Positions 30,065 through 40,734 are shown, counted from the first letter of the stretch. The stretch: 64,000 nt of DNA from Promethearchaeota archaeon (GCA_018238625.1 JABCSY010000002.1:28097-92096), one strand, 5' to 3'. Numbers and translations: made by a program. The notes: generated from the sequence alone by a model not told the origin.

Positions 30065-31321
30065 CTATTTCACCTCTAATAGCCCATCCCAATAAGTGCC
30101 ATAAAGCATATCTTTTGGGAGCTCTCCGGTTTCGTTTAGTTTTATTAGCATTTTTAATTGATTTTTTTGTTGTTCTAAAGTAACTTCTCTTCCGCCTAAA
30201 CCGTTTATCATTGGCAATATTCTAGCGGTACCCTTAACATCGTGTAAAGCTGTTTTTACCTCAGAGCTCACAGGTCCTCCCGTTGGGCTTCCAAACGCCG
30301 TTGCTCTATCAACTACTCCAAGAAGTGGGACTTTTTTAGCAATTTCAATAATATCTTCAACTGGAAAAGGTCTTAAATACCTTAATTTAACCATACCAAC
30401 TTTATACCCTTCTTCTCTCAAATCATCAACTGCTTGTTCCATTTGTAGAGCTAAGTCCCCATAAATTACCATTCCTACGTCTGCTCCATCCATTTTATAT
30501 TCTTGAATTAAACCGTTTCCGTAATTTCTACCAAAGGCCTTTTCAAAATCTTTTGCTACACTCTTGATTTTCTCTTTAGCTCTAATCATGGCATCGTGGA
30601 TCTTCATTCTGAATTCGTAATAGAATCCCGATGGCATAATGAGATTTCCAAACATTAGAGGCCTTTCCGGATCGATCCACATATGAGGCCATCCCTTTTC
30701 ATCTGGCAAAGGTGGTAAAAATGAATCAACTAGATCTTGATCTTCAATTATTACAGGTTTAGACGTGTGAGATAATATAAATCCTCCATAAGCGACGAAC
30801 TTAGGCAATAAAACCTCGTAATCTTCGCATATCTTATAGGACATTAATACTTCGTCGTAAATTTCTTGATGAGTCGCACAAAACGCAGTCATCCATCCAG
30901 TGTCCCGACAACTAATAACATCTGTAAAATCAGCCCATATATTCCATGGTGGAGCTGCCCCCCTTGATGCAATGGTGGTGACAATTGGCAATCTGGACCC
31001 ACTAGCCCAATGAAGCATTTCAAACATGTAGAAAAGACCTTGTCCTGCCGTTGCTGTAAAAGTTCGAGTTCCAGCCATACTTGCTGTAATTACTGAAGCC
31101 ATTACAGAATGTTCAGACTCCACTTTTATATACTGAGTTCCTGGCATTAAACCATTATCGACAAATTCAGAAAGCTTTTCTACTACAGTTGTTTGAGGTG
31201 TAATTGGATAAGCGCTTATTACTTGAACCCTAGCAGATTTAGCAGCATAAGCAGCAGAGATGTTTCCTTTTAATACTATGGTTTCTTTTTCTTGAATAAA
31301 ATCATTTGTGGCTTCAACCAT
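30065..31321 (-). CDS. porA: Pyruvate/2-oxoacid:ferredoxin oxidoreductase alpha subunit
   Basis: [24 protein letters not shown]. Confidence 0.92.
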   Translation of the reverse strand: MVEATNDFIQEKETIVLKGNISAAYAAKSARVQVISAYPITPQTTVVEKLSEFVDNGLMPGTQYIKVESEHSVMASVITASMAGTRTFTATAGQGLFYMFEMLHWASGSRLPIVTTIASRGAAPPWNIWADFTDVISCRDTGWMTAFCATHQEIYDEVLMSYKICEDYEVLLPKFVAYGGFILSHTSKPVIIEDQDLVDSFLPPLPDEKGWPHMWIDPERPLMFGNLIMPSGFYYEFRMKIHDAMIRAKEKIKSVAKDFEKAFGRNYGNGLIQEYKMDGADVGMVIYGDLALQMEQAVDDLREEGYKVGMVKLRYLRPFPVEDIIEIAKKVPLLGVVDRATAFGSPTGGPVSSEVKTALHDVKGTARILPMINGLGGREVTLEQQKNQLKMLIKLNETGELPKDMLYGTYWDGLLEVK

Positions 31322-31664
31322 CTTTTATATCACTCTCTCTAATCATTTCAATATTTTTAGTAGGACATTCTTTTGCGCAGATTCCACATCCTTTACAATA
31401 CAATAAATCAATTTCAAAATGCCCATCTTCTTTCTTTTCAATAACGCCTTCGGGACAGTACATCCAACAAAATCCGCATTTATTACAATTTTCTTGATCT
31501 ATTATCGGTCTAAACGTTCTCCAATCTCCAGTTGTTCCCATATTTCCTTCAATTGGTAGGGAAATAGGAATTGGAGATAATTCTTTCCAATTTTTATATT
31601 CTTGAACTTTGGGACGTTCTTCTTTAGATTTATTAATCTTTTTCCATTTTTCAGATTCAGACAT
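31314..31664 (-). CDS. porD: Pyruvate/2-oxoacid:ferredoxin oxidoreductase delta subunit
   Basis: TGDWR, two 4Fe-4S motifs ([25 protein letters not shown]). Confidence 0.93.
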   Translation of the reverse strand: MSESEKWKKINKSKEERPKVQEYKNWKELSPIPISLPIEGNMGTTGDWRTFRPIIDQENCNKCGFCWMYCPEGVIEKKEDGHFEIDLLYCKGCGICAKECPTKNIEMIRESDIKDG

Positions 31665-31666
31665 AT

Positions 31667-32242
31667 TTATACCTCCCTTACAGACTCATAAGCGTCTTTT
31701 GCCACAGTCATGTTTTTCTCTAACCTATTTTCTCCAAATTCTTTTTTAAGAACTTTTTCCATAATCTTAAGATCGTAAAACCCCGTAATTTTACCAAAAG
31801 CCCCTAACATAGGTATATTTAGAATTGGTCCACTAGAATGCATGAATCCTCTATTGATGCAAATCCCTGTTGCATCTATTAGATAGATCTTTAGGTTTTT
31901 TGGAAATAAACTTAAATCGATCGGTTTAGCGCTATTAATTAAAAGTGTGACTCCTTCCTTAATCGTTTCTTTCACTCTTGGAATATCTAACAATGAAGTA
32001 TCAAAAACCATGATGTAATCGGGATTGACTACACTGTCGTAAGTCTTTATAGGTTTATTCCTTGAGAACTTAGTGAATGCTTGAATTGGAGCACCTCTTC
32101 GTTCAGCACCTATAATTGGGATCGCAATAGCATCTTTAAAGCCTTTTTCAAAGGTTAATTGTGCTAATAACTGACTAGCAGTAATAGCCGTCTGACCACC
32201 CCTACCATGGTAGGTTACTTCTACAATTTCATTATCTGTCAA
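31667..32242 (-). CDS. porG: Pyruvate/2-oxoacid:ferredoxin oxidoreductase gamma subunit
   Basis: [19 protein letters not shown]. Confidence 0.92.
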   Translation of the reverse strand: MTDNEIVEVTYHGRGGQTAITASQLLAQLTFEKGFKDAIAIPIIGAERRGAPIQAFTKFSRNKPIKTYDSVVNPDYIMVFDTSLLDIPRVKETIKEGVTLLINSAKPIDLSLFPKNLKIYLIDATGICINRGFMHSSGPILNIPMLGAFGKITGFYDLKIMEKVLKKEFGENRLEKNMTVAKDAYESVREV

Positions 32243-32514
32243 ATCTTTTTCACTTATTCGTTATAGAAAATTATAAACATTAAATTTGTACTAATACGGT
32301 TATTCTAGTGATTTTCACATAAAATTATTGGTGTACTATTAATTATTTCCAATACATTAAAAATTTCTGGAAAAAATTTATAAGTAAGCTGTTTAATAAG
32401 CAATAGACCACTATAAAGAATAAAATACCCAAAAAAATTCTCACTTAATTGAATCAAAGAAGTTTTAGAATTTTTACATCAATTACAATAATTTAACTAT
32501 ATATAAGTGAAATT

Positions 32515-33084
32515 ATGTCAGAGAGAGCTGAAAAAACCGAAATTAATTATTCTTTTAAATGTCCAATTTGTAGCGAAGGAAAAATTGAAATCAGTAAGGT
32601 GACATATGATGTACCAGACGGAGATAAAATTTTAATTATTAAATTTGAATGTAACTTATGTAATTATTCTAACAATGATATAATCCCTTTAACAACTAAT
32701 TTTACGCCAGGTATTATGAAGTTAAAGGTTACAAGTGAAGACGACCTAAAATCTAAAATATATCGTTCCCCCGTAGGGGCATTAGAAATTCCAGAATTAG
32801 AATTAATTGTTAACCCGGGTCCTAGAGCTGATTTTTATTATACCAATGTAGAGGGTATTTTATTTCGATTTGAAAACGCAGTTTCAATATATCGGAAAAA
32901 TCTCGAAGATGATGACGCTCAAATAAAAGAAATTGATAAAATTTTAAAAGACTTGGGAAAGGCATTAAAGGGAGAATTTAAGTTCACACTGATTATAACT
33001 GATACAGGAGGGGGAAGTTATATTATTCCTAACGATAAATCAAAATATTCATTCGAAAAATTTGAGCCGAAAGAATTAAATTAA
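32515..33084 (+). CDS. ZPR1 zinc-finger family protein
   Basis: CPIC..C..CNY, IPELEL...PG, TNVEG, D..G.SYI. Confidence 0.88.
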   Translation: MSERAEKTEINYSFKCPICSEGKIEISKVTYDVPDGDKILIIKFECNLCNYSNNDIIPLTTNFTPGIMKLKVTSEDDLKSKIYRSPVGALEIPELELIVNPGPRADFYYTNVEGILFRFENAVSIYRKNLEDDDAQIKEIDKILKDLGKALKGEFKFTLIITDTGGGSYIIPNDKSKYSFEKFEPKELN

Positions 33085-33152
33085 AGGAAATCATCATTAT
33101 TTTTTTATAAATATTAATGAAAAAAATAGAATTATTAAAAATGTGAAATCAA

Positions 33153-34331
33153 ATGGTAATTAAAAAAGTTGGAATCCTTACGGGAGGTGGCGATTGCCCG
33201 GGTTTAAACTCCGTTATATATGGAATAATGTTGAAAGCTTATGATGCGGGCATAGAGTGTGTTGGAATCCTTAAAGGATGGAAGGGCCTTATGGAAAATC
33301 TTACAATCCCTCTTAAGATTGCAGAACACGATGACTTGCATACTATTGGCGGGACTATATTATATACGAGTAGAACTAATCCCTTTAAAGGAGCAGAATC
33401 TAAAGAAAAAGTAGCAAAAGATCTGGTAACTAAATTTGAAGATTTAGGAATAGATGCGCTTATCGCTATCGGTGGAGATTTAAAACGGTTTACATTTTAA
33501 ACCTAAAACGATACTTTAAGCGTTGCGGATGCTATGTGCAAATACTCAAAAGCGAACGTAGTTGGCTGCCCAAAAACGATAGACAACGATTTGGCTGGAA
33601 CACATTACACGTTTGGCTTCTGGAGCGCTGTACAGCTAGCCTCCAACGCGATGGATAACTTAACGACAACCGCGCGTTCCCATCAGAGAGTGTTTGTGGT
33701 AGAAATTATGGGAAGAGACGCAGGATTTCTTACAATGTATAGTGGAATTTCTGCTGGTGCCGATATAATATTAATTCCTGAATCACCATTTAGTTTAGAG
33801 AAGGATATTATTGACGTGCTTAAAAAAAGAGTCAATGCAGGATACAAATACCACATAATTGCTACCTCAGAAGGAGCTTATCCAAATTCAGAATCGTTGG
33901 AAAAGGATTTTAAAACAATATCGAAAGAAACGATTGATAAATTACCTAAAGATACATATGGAAACCCTTTGCTTGTAAAATTGAATATATCCAAAATAAT
34001 TGTTGACGAACTCAACTTAAGAGAAGATTTAAAAAAGGAATTTCAGAATAATGGGGTGGATTTTGAGTGTAGAAGCGTAGTTCTGGGCCACACAATGCGA
34101 GCAGGGACGCCTAATTCGTTCGATAGAATCTTAGGATTGAGATTTGGGTTAGCAGCTATGAATCTTGTTTTGAAATCTAAATTTGGGAACATGGTTTCGC
34201 TTCAAGGAAATAAAATTGAAACTATACCACTTTCAGAAGGGGTAAAAAAGAAATACATTACCTCGGATAGCGATAAAATGGAATTACGAGACCTATTAGT
34301 GAAAATTAGATATTTATCGAAACAAAAATAA
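33153..34331 (+). CDS. pfkA: PfkA-family phosphofructokinase, PPi-dependent type; two segments 33153-33477 and 33508-34331 (382 aa if spliced)
   Basis: TGGGDCPGLN, GGTIL.TSR, GGD/DT split by an insertion, PKTIDND, MGRDAG, LGHTMR; both ORF pieces share one frame. Confidence 0.9.
33478..33507 (+). other. Candidate 30-nt BHB-type intron in the pfk mRNA
   Basis: Two in-frame TAA; 7-bp intron stem TTTAAAA/TTTTAAA; exon stem TATCG/CGATA; 3-nt bulges AGA and AAA four positions apart; cuts give GGA GAC GAT ACT. Confidence 0.75.
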
Positions 34332-34378
34332 TTCCACTGTTTTTTTAATTGTATTGTATTAAAAAAAAGAAATATAGA

Positions 34379-35617
34379 TTAACCATAATGTTTTTCCTCT
34401 TCGTGTTCTGCATCAATCGCGTCTTGCTCTACATCACGACCAAGCCATTTTTCGCTTAGCTTCTCTTTATAATATTCATGTTGGATGATGAGATTCATTA
34501 TTTCCGTTGTTCCGGTCCAGATCTCTCCTATACGAGCGTCTCTCAAAAGACGTTCTATTGGATATACGGTTGTATACCCGATACCTCCCATTATCTGCAT
34601 GGATTTGTTAATAACTTTCCAGCACGCTTTAGTTGAAAATTTTTTGGATTCAGAAACTAATCTTCTTTGAAGAGCGGGTGGCGCTCCAGCATCTATAGAT
34701 TTCGCAGTATTAAACACAATTGCTCTTGTTGCATCTAAATAAGTAATGCAATCCGCTATCATGAAGTTAACGGCTTGAAAATTCTTTATAATCTGTCCAA
34801 ACGCTTTTCTTTTGGTGCTATATTTGGTTGCTATTTGAAAACAAGCGCGTGCCAATCCGAGAAAACCAGAAGCTGTAGTTAATCGTTCTGGAACCATCAT
34901 GTGGTAAAATATTTTACCCCCATCTCCTTCTCCCAGGATTAAATTCTCCTTAGGGACTTCCACATCTTTAAAAACTAACCTCCCTGCTCCACCGCCTCTA
35001 GTACCTAATAAACCGTAAATATATGCTGCGTCTACTGCATCGCTTTTATCAACAATAAATAAGCTTAAAGAATCTCGAGGGGACGCTTTAGGATCCGTTT
35101 TAGCGTAAACCAAAAAGAAATCAGCACCTTCAGCGCCAACAACGAATCGTTTTTCTCCATTTAATATGTAGTGATCTCCTTCTTTTACAGCAGTAGATGT
35201 GGCTCCAAAAAAATCCGAACCGCCTCTTGGTTCAGTTAACGCTTCAGCAGTAAATTTCTTACCTTCGCACATAGGTTTTAAATAATTTAACTTTTGGTCT
35301 TCTGTGCCAAATTTATTAAGCGCTTCCCCACATATGCTCGGTAACGAAAATAAACAGGTTAGGGAACTTCCTAGTACGCCAACTTCTTCTTGAGCAATAA
35401 TTTCACTTTCCCAATTTAAACCACGACCACCGTATTTCTTTGGAAACCTTATTCCAATCAAATTTTGTTTAGCTAATGCTTCCATCCACTCACTTGGATA
35501 TTGAATCTCGTCTTTATCCATTTGTCTTAATAATGAAGGTGGTACAGCGTTTTTAACGAACTCTCGAACTTCTTCTCTAAATTTTTTATTTTCTTCGCTT
35601 ATTAAATAATCATACAT
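34379..35617 (-). CDS. Acyl-CoA dehydrogenase
   Basis: LTEPRGGSD, LNGEK.F, RKAFG..I..FQ, QIMGGIGY, I..GT.EI. Confidence 0.93.
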   Translation of the reverse strand: MYDYLISEENKKFREEVREFVKNAVPPSLLRQMDKDEIQYPSEWMEALAKQNLIGIRFPKKYGGRGLNWESEIIAQEEVGVLGSSLTCLFSLPSICGEALNKFGTEDQKLNYLKPMCEGKKFTAEALTEPRGGSDFFGATSTAVKEGDHYILNGEKRFVVGAEGADFFLVYAKTDPKASPRDSLSLFIVDKSDAVDAAYIYGLLGTRGGGAGRLVFKDVEVPKENLILGEGDGGKIFYHMMVPERLTTASGFLGLARACFQIATKYSTKRKAFGQIIKNFQAVNFMIADCITYLDATRAIVFNTAKSIDAGAPPALQRRLVSESKKFSTKACWKVINKSMQIMGGIGYTTVYPIERLLRDARIGEIWTGTTEIMNLIIQHEYYKEKLSEKWLGRDVEQDAIDAEHEEEKHYG

Positions 35618-35800
35618 TTTCGATTCTCCTTAGATGATTTATACTACAATTAAGTAATGATGGGTCTAATAAAAACAATAGATAAATCGAACTTTATTAG
35701 TTTACAATTATTTAAATTGATCATTATAAATTGGATTTTTAAAGAAAAGAGAATATTACTTTATATTATATTATCAAACTCGTAAATTATTGATCTAATT

Positions 35801-37051
35801 TTGCTTACAAAAAATAAAAATGGTTTTAAAGAATATCCTAATGCGTTTAAAGTGTTAGTCCTCGCCACTTTCATTGATAGATTTGGAAGTTTTTTATTAT
35901 TTCCTTTTTTTGCATTGTATATAACCGCACATTTTAATGTAGGAATGCCCCAGGTAGGATTCCTATTTGCAGTGTTCTCTGCAGGTGGTATAATCGGTGG
36001 TATAATCGGAGGTGCATTATCCGATAAATATGGCCGTCGTGCTATGCTACTTGTTGGCCTGATTTCTAGCGGTGTAAGCAGCATCTTCATGGGATTAGTC
36101 GATGATTTGAATGTTTTTTACATCCTCGCTGTGTTTATGGGTTTAATGGGAAATTTTGGAGGTCCGGCGAGACAAGCAATGGTAGCAGATTTGCTTCCCA
36201 AAGAGAAACAAGCAGAGGGATTTGGGATCCTACGGGTGGCTGTTAATCTTTCAGCAGCGTTCGGTCCTATCGTTGGTGGATTTATAGCGACTCAATCTTA
36301 TCTCTTTTTATTTATTGCAGATGCTGTGAGTAGCTTAATTACAGGTATTATTGTATTTTTTGTCATTCCAGAAACGAAACCTGAAAAAAAAGAAGGCGAA
36401 GCAGAAGAAACAGTTATGAAAACCGTGATAGGATATAAAGAAGTTTTAAAAGATTGGAGATATATGTTGTTTCTCTCTGTGTCTGCTCTAACGGTGATTG
36501 TATATATGCAAATGAACGCCACATTGTCGGTATTTTTGCGTGATATCAATGGATTTCCTACGCTGTATTTTGGTTTTTTGTTAAGTATGAACGCGGTGAT
36601 GGTGGTGGTATTTCAAATATGGCTAACTAAGAAGGTGTCAAAATTTTCTCCTATGAAGGTGATGGCTGTAGGAACGCTGTTTTACATGGTGGGATTCGGT
36701 ATGTACGGTTTTGTTTCAGAGCCGTACCTATTTTTCATCGCAATGGCAATTATTACTATTGGAGAAATGATTGAGATGCCTGTTGGACAAACTGCAGCTG
36801 CATTTTTTGCTCCTGAAGATAAACGAGGACGGTATATGGCAGTGTTTGGCTTCCACTGGGCGATCCCTAATCTATTTGCGATTTTAGTTGCTGGACTTAT
36901 CTGGGAGAATATAGGACCAAATTGGGTTTGGTATATCGCAGGTATTTTATCACTCTTTGCAGCGATAGGATTCTGGCTACTTCATGGAATTACAAAAGCT
37001 CGATTTTCAAAAGAGAAGGAATTGCTCGTTGAAGAAGGGCAAGAAATATGA
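35801..37051 (+). CDS. MFS transporter
   Basis: G.LSDKYGRR motif A, about 12 TM helices. Confidence 0.9.
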   Translation: MLTKNKNGFKEYPNAFKVLVLATFIDRFGSFLLFPFFALYITAHFNVGMPQVGFLFAVFSAGGIIGGIIGGALSDKYGRRAMLLVGLISSGVSSIFMGLVDDLNVFYILAVFMGLMGNFGGPARQAMVADLLPKEKQAEGFGILRVAVNLSAAFGPIVGGFIATQSYLFLFIADAVSSLITGIIVFFVIPETKPEKKEGEAEETVMKTVIGYKEVLKDWRYMLFLSVSALTVIVYMQMNATLSVFLRDINGFPTLYFGFLLSMNAVMVVVFQIWLTKKVSKFSPMKVMAVGTLFYMVGFGMYGFVSEPYLFFIAMAIITIGEMIEMPVGQTAAAFFAPEDKRGRYMAVFGFHWAIPNLFAILVAGLIWENIGPNWVWYIAGILSLFAAIGFWLLHGITKARFSKEKELLVEEGQEI

Positions 37052-37185
37052 TTTTTTCATCAAATTTACAATCAATACCCCAATTTATAGAAAAGATATT
37101 TTGGATAACTTTTTTGGATGTGCTACTTTTAAAATCTAATAAAGTGTGTCTTAGAAAATTACATTATTAAGAGTATGAAATATTT

Positions 37186-38436
37186 ATGTTAGGAAGAATA
37201 AAGATTGCCTATAAAGGATATCCCAACGCATTCAAAGTGCTGGTACTCGCCTCTTTCATTGACATGTTAGGAGGTTTTTTGTTATATCCTTTTTTTGCGC
37301 TCTACATCACCCAGCGTTTTGGTGTGGATATGATCATAGTGGGATTACTATTTACGGTGTTTTCAGCTGGAAATATAATTGGTAGCATGGTTGGAGGTGC
37401 GTTAGCCGATAAATATGGACGTCGCGTAATGATCATAGTAGGTTTGATCATAAGTGGGACAGGCAGTATCCTCATGGGGTTGGTGGACGATCTGAATGTC
37501 TTTTTCATTCTTGCGGCAAGTTTAGGTTTGGTTGGTAATATTGGGGGGCCTGCGCGACAAGCTATGGTGGCGGATTTGCTCCCAAAAGAAAAACAAGCAG
37601 AAGGATTTGGGATTATGCGCATTTTTATGAATCTTGCAGCAACAGCAGGACCTCTTCTTGGTGGATTTTTAGCCACGCAATCTTATATGTGGCTGTTCCT
37701 ATCCGATGCTGTAAGCAGCTTTATTACAGCTATTATTGTATTTGTTGTCATTCCAGAAACAAAACCTGAAAAACCAGAAGACAAACCGGAAGAATCTGTT
37801 ATAAGTACTATAGTTGGTTACAAAGAGGTTCTGAAAGATGGAGTTTTTATGCTTTTTCTTTTCGTTTCTGCCATAATGGTAATGGTTTATATGCAAATGA
37901 ATAGTACTCTATCTGTATTCCTATGGGAAGTTCATAAGTTCCCACTGCAAAGTTTTGGGTTATTGTTAAGTATGAACGCATTAATGGTGGTGGTATTACA
38001 ATTTTGGATAACTAAAAGGATTTCAAAGTATGCTCCCATGAAGGTAATGGCCATTGGAGCTTTGTTTTATGTAGTGGGGTTTGGTATGTACGGTTTTATT
38101 TCTGCTGTTTTCCTATTCTTTATCGCTATGATAATTATCACGATAGGGGAGATGATTGTGACACCTATTCAACAAACTGCTGTGGCATCTTTTGCGCCTG
38201 AAGATAAGCGAGGTCGCTATATGGCAATGTATGGTTTTTCTTGGGGGATTCCAAATTTATTTAGTGTTTTAGTTGCTGGACTTATCATGGATAATATAGG
38301 TCCAAACTGGGTTTGGTATATCGCTGGTATTTTATCTCTCATTTCCGTGGTAGGATTTTATTCGCTTAATGGAGTAACAAATAAACGATTTTCAAAAAAA
38401 AAGGAAACTATACTTGAAGACGTTCTTGAAGCATAG
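37186..38436 (+). CDS. MFS transporter, tandem paralog
   Basis: G.LADKYGRR; same length (416 aa) and many identical blocks with the upstream gene. Confidence 0.9.
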   Translation: MLGRIKIAYKGYPNAFKVLVLASFIDMLGGFLLYPFFALYITQRFGVDMIIVGLLFTVFSAGNIIGSMVGGALADKYGRRVMIIVGLIISGTGSILMGLVDDLNVFFILAASLGLVGNIGGPARQAMVADLLPKEKQAEGFGIMRIFMNLAATAGPLLGGFLATQSYMWLFLSDAVSSFITAIIVFVVIPETKPEKPEDKPEESVISTIVGYKEVLKDGVFMLFLFVSAIMVMVYMQMNSTLSVFLWEVHKFPLQSFGLLLSMNALMVVVLQFWITKRISKYAPMKVMAIGALFYVVGFGMYGFISAVFLFFIAMIIITIGEMIVTPIQQTAVASFAPEDKRGRYMAMYGFSWGIPNLFSVLVAGLIMDNIGPNWVWYIAGILSLISVVGFYSLNGVTNKRFSKKKETILEDVLEA

Positions 38437-38701
38437 ATCTTAGTTCAATTAAGAGAAGATAATTACTATATTTATATCACCCTAAAATATTTTTAAACGA
38501 ATAGTTTTTTGTATGACTAAGAACTACACTGAGATAATATGGAGGAATATATGAAAAAGCGTGAAAGTTCGGTTTCACGAACTTATGTAACAAATAATTA
38601 AATTTAGATTTCAAAAATTGAAAAATTAAAAAACAAATTATTAAATAATAATTCTTTTAATCGACCATGGCCATTCAAATAATAAAAGGGAGTACAGAAA
38701 G

Positions 38702-39145
38702 ATGGAAGACATAGAAAAAAAGAATAAGAAAGAAATACCAAAATTTACTTGGGTTGTTCTAATTATTCTGGGATGCATTGACCTATTGCGTGGTATAATG
38801 CACACAATATTTATTGATGAGGCTATTGCTCTTTTTGCCCACTTTGATTTAAGTGGTCCAATGGCAGGAGACCTAATGTTACAAATGAGTGCATTTGGAA
38901 TTTCTAATTTAATCACCGGTGCAATGTTTATAATTATTGCACTAAAAGCAAGACAAATGGCAGATATAGCGTTGATATGTATTCCTGTTGCATATTTAAT
39001 CGGAATAATTGCAATTAAGATAAATAATATTGTTCCACAGTCCGATCTTCTTGGGCAATACGGAATGATGGTCTATCTTGGTGTTAGTATTATTACATTT
39101 ATCGCAACTAGAGTGAAAATGTGGCTTGAAAATAAAAAGAAATGA
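38702..39145 (+). CDS. Small membrane protein (about 4 TM)
   Basis: Hydrophobic helices, DLLRG.MHT motif, GGGAG upstream. Confidence 0.7.
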   Translation: MEDIEKKNKKEIPKFTWVVLIILGCIDLLRGIMHTIFIDEAIALFAHFDLSGPMAGDLMLQMSAFGISNLITGAMFIIIALKARQMADIALICIPVAYLIGIIAIKINNIVPQSDLLGQYGMMVYLGVSIITFIATRVKMWLENKKK

Positions 39146-39163
39146 TTTTTTTGAGTTTTTTAA

Positions 39164-40381
39164 TTAAGGCTCAATTTCGAATATAACCTTAAGATATTCG
39201 TATTTGGAATTAAGTAATTTTAGTATATTTTTCGCAATTTTTCTTAGATTTTGTGCGTGTAATGGTTTCTCTTCAGCTTGTTCGCCGTAGAAATCGTGAA
39301 TCATCTTTCTTGCTTCATCTACTCCGTTCGCATCCCAAAATTTTTCCCAATGAGTTGAGATTCTACAGAGCGATTTTATCTTCTCGTCTGGGTATTTAGA
39401 TTTATCTAAAATGATATCTTTATATTTTTTAATAGCTTCGCCAACTTTTTCAAGGTGGTCCGCAATAGCAAAAGAATACCGATAAATACTTATTAGGTTT
39501 GAAGTAGTTCTAGTATTTCGTGTATTGGCTGCCTGTTCAAAAGAATTCCATGCATCTAACCATTCATTTTTGTGAATACCATTAATGCCATTGTTCACCA
39601 TTGCTACATTTATAATATCACTCAAATCTACATCATGACCTCTTTTAATTTTTTTATCAAATATTTCCTTAAGGCTTGACCCTTCAAGATAGCTCCCCGC
39701 CCCAAAATCAAGTAATTGATTAAGATTGTTTGCAGCAAATAATGTTTCGCGCCTAAATTCTTTAGTGTTAGGATTATTCCATTCAATTGTTTTTTCCCAT
39801 TCTCCTGAATTTTTATTTTTTATGAAGCTACAATCTCTCAATGTTGAATCCAATAAAATTACATGAAACATCCAAAAATCAATGTCGTCTGTGAATCTTT
39901 TCCTTCTCCAATCTCTCGTAGTATACTTACCTAAATAGAGTTTCAATGTACCCCTAAGTAAAGAAAGTTTTCCATGTTTTAACGAATCGAGGGCTAATTC
40001 ACAATAATGGTGATTAGGATTATTTGAACATTCTTCCAGTTTCTTAAGAATTTTCCGGGCTTCTTCAGCAATAATATCACAGGGTATATTTCCATCGGAA
40101 GGATAGCATCTTGACCCTCCTTCAATAAAATTTTTAAAAAGTTCAAAATCATTTTCTGGAATTGAATACCAAGGATTATTAAAAACAGTTTTACTAAAAA
40201 TATAATGAGTAAAACCGCTATCATCTTTCCAAGTTTTATCTATTAGGGGTGAAACATCTCTGTGGTTATCTCCCTTTTTTACTGCATCGGCTTTTATATC
40301 CCAAATTCCATTCATTGAAGAATCCTGCTTACAATTTAATAAAAATAAGAAACTTCTGAAATTATAATAAAAATTAGGCAA
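39164..40381 (-). CDS. Hypothetical protein with AbiEii-like nucleotidyltransferase motifs
   Basis: LRGTL..Y...RFTDDIDF and K..R..D..DI; start may be ATG 40315. Confidence 0.5.
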   Translation of the reverse strand: MPNFYYNFRSFLFLLNCKQDSSMNGIWDIKADAVKKGDNHRDVSPLIDKTWKDDSGFTHYIFSKTVFNNPWYSIPENDFELFKNFIEGGSRCYPSDGNIPCDIIAEEARKILKKLEECSNNPNHHYCELALDSLKHGKLSLLRGTLKLYLGKYTTRDWRRKRFTDDIDFWMFHVILLDSTLRDCSFIKNKNSGEWEKTIEWNNPNTKEFRRETLFAANNLNQLLDFGAGSYLEGSSLKEIFDKKIKRGHDVDLSDIINVAMVNNGINGIHKNEWLDAWNSFEQAANTRNTRTTSNLISIYRYSFAIADHLEKVGEAIKKYKDIILDKSKYPDEKIKSLCRISTHWEKFWDANGVDEARKMIHDFYGEQAEEKPLHAQNLRKIAKNILKLLNSKYEYLKVIFEIEP

Positions 40382-40460
40382 AAATTCTTTTTATCTAATT
40401 TAATATTAATCAAGACTAAATTAAATAATTTTTATTATAAATTAAAAGGAGAGATGTAAT

Positions 40461-40646
40461 TTGGATAAATATGAATATAAGGTTTTCAATGCAAAACAAA
40501 ATAAAGAAATAAGATTTCTTTGGAAGAATCCTGATAATTATGAAAAGTTTTTAAACGAAATGGGACAAAAAGGTTGGGAGTTTGATAAAGAACGAGATTT
40601 GGGTGGTGTTTGGACTCTAATTTTTCGAAAGAAAATAATAGGTTAA
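40461..40646 (+). CDS. DUF4177-like small protein
   Basis: YEYKV, LNEMGQKGWE, LIFRK. Confidence 0.7.
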   Translation: MDKYEYKVFNAKQNKEIRFLWKNPDNYEKFLNEMGQKGWEFDKERDLGGVWTLIFRKKIIG

Positions 40647-40734
40647 TCGAGATCATTTTTTATTCTTAAAAAAATTCGTTTAAAATTTCTTTTTTATAAC
40701 ATAATATAAATAATATAACCATTTTTACAAGAAT

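Noticed and set aside
33480-33509. Selenocysteine/pyrrolysine readthrough or frameshift explanation for the pfk break
   Set aside because: Both stops are TAA, the pieces are already in frame, and readthrough would put 10 residues into the GGDDT active-site motif
33481-33510. Transposon footprint or target-site duplication explanation for the pfk insert
   Set aside because: The TAAAACG repeat is not part of the native GGDDT coding sequence and removing one unit (23 nt) breaks the frame; less parsimonious than the BHB model, though not formally excluded
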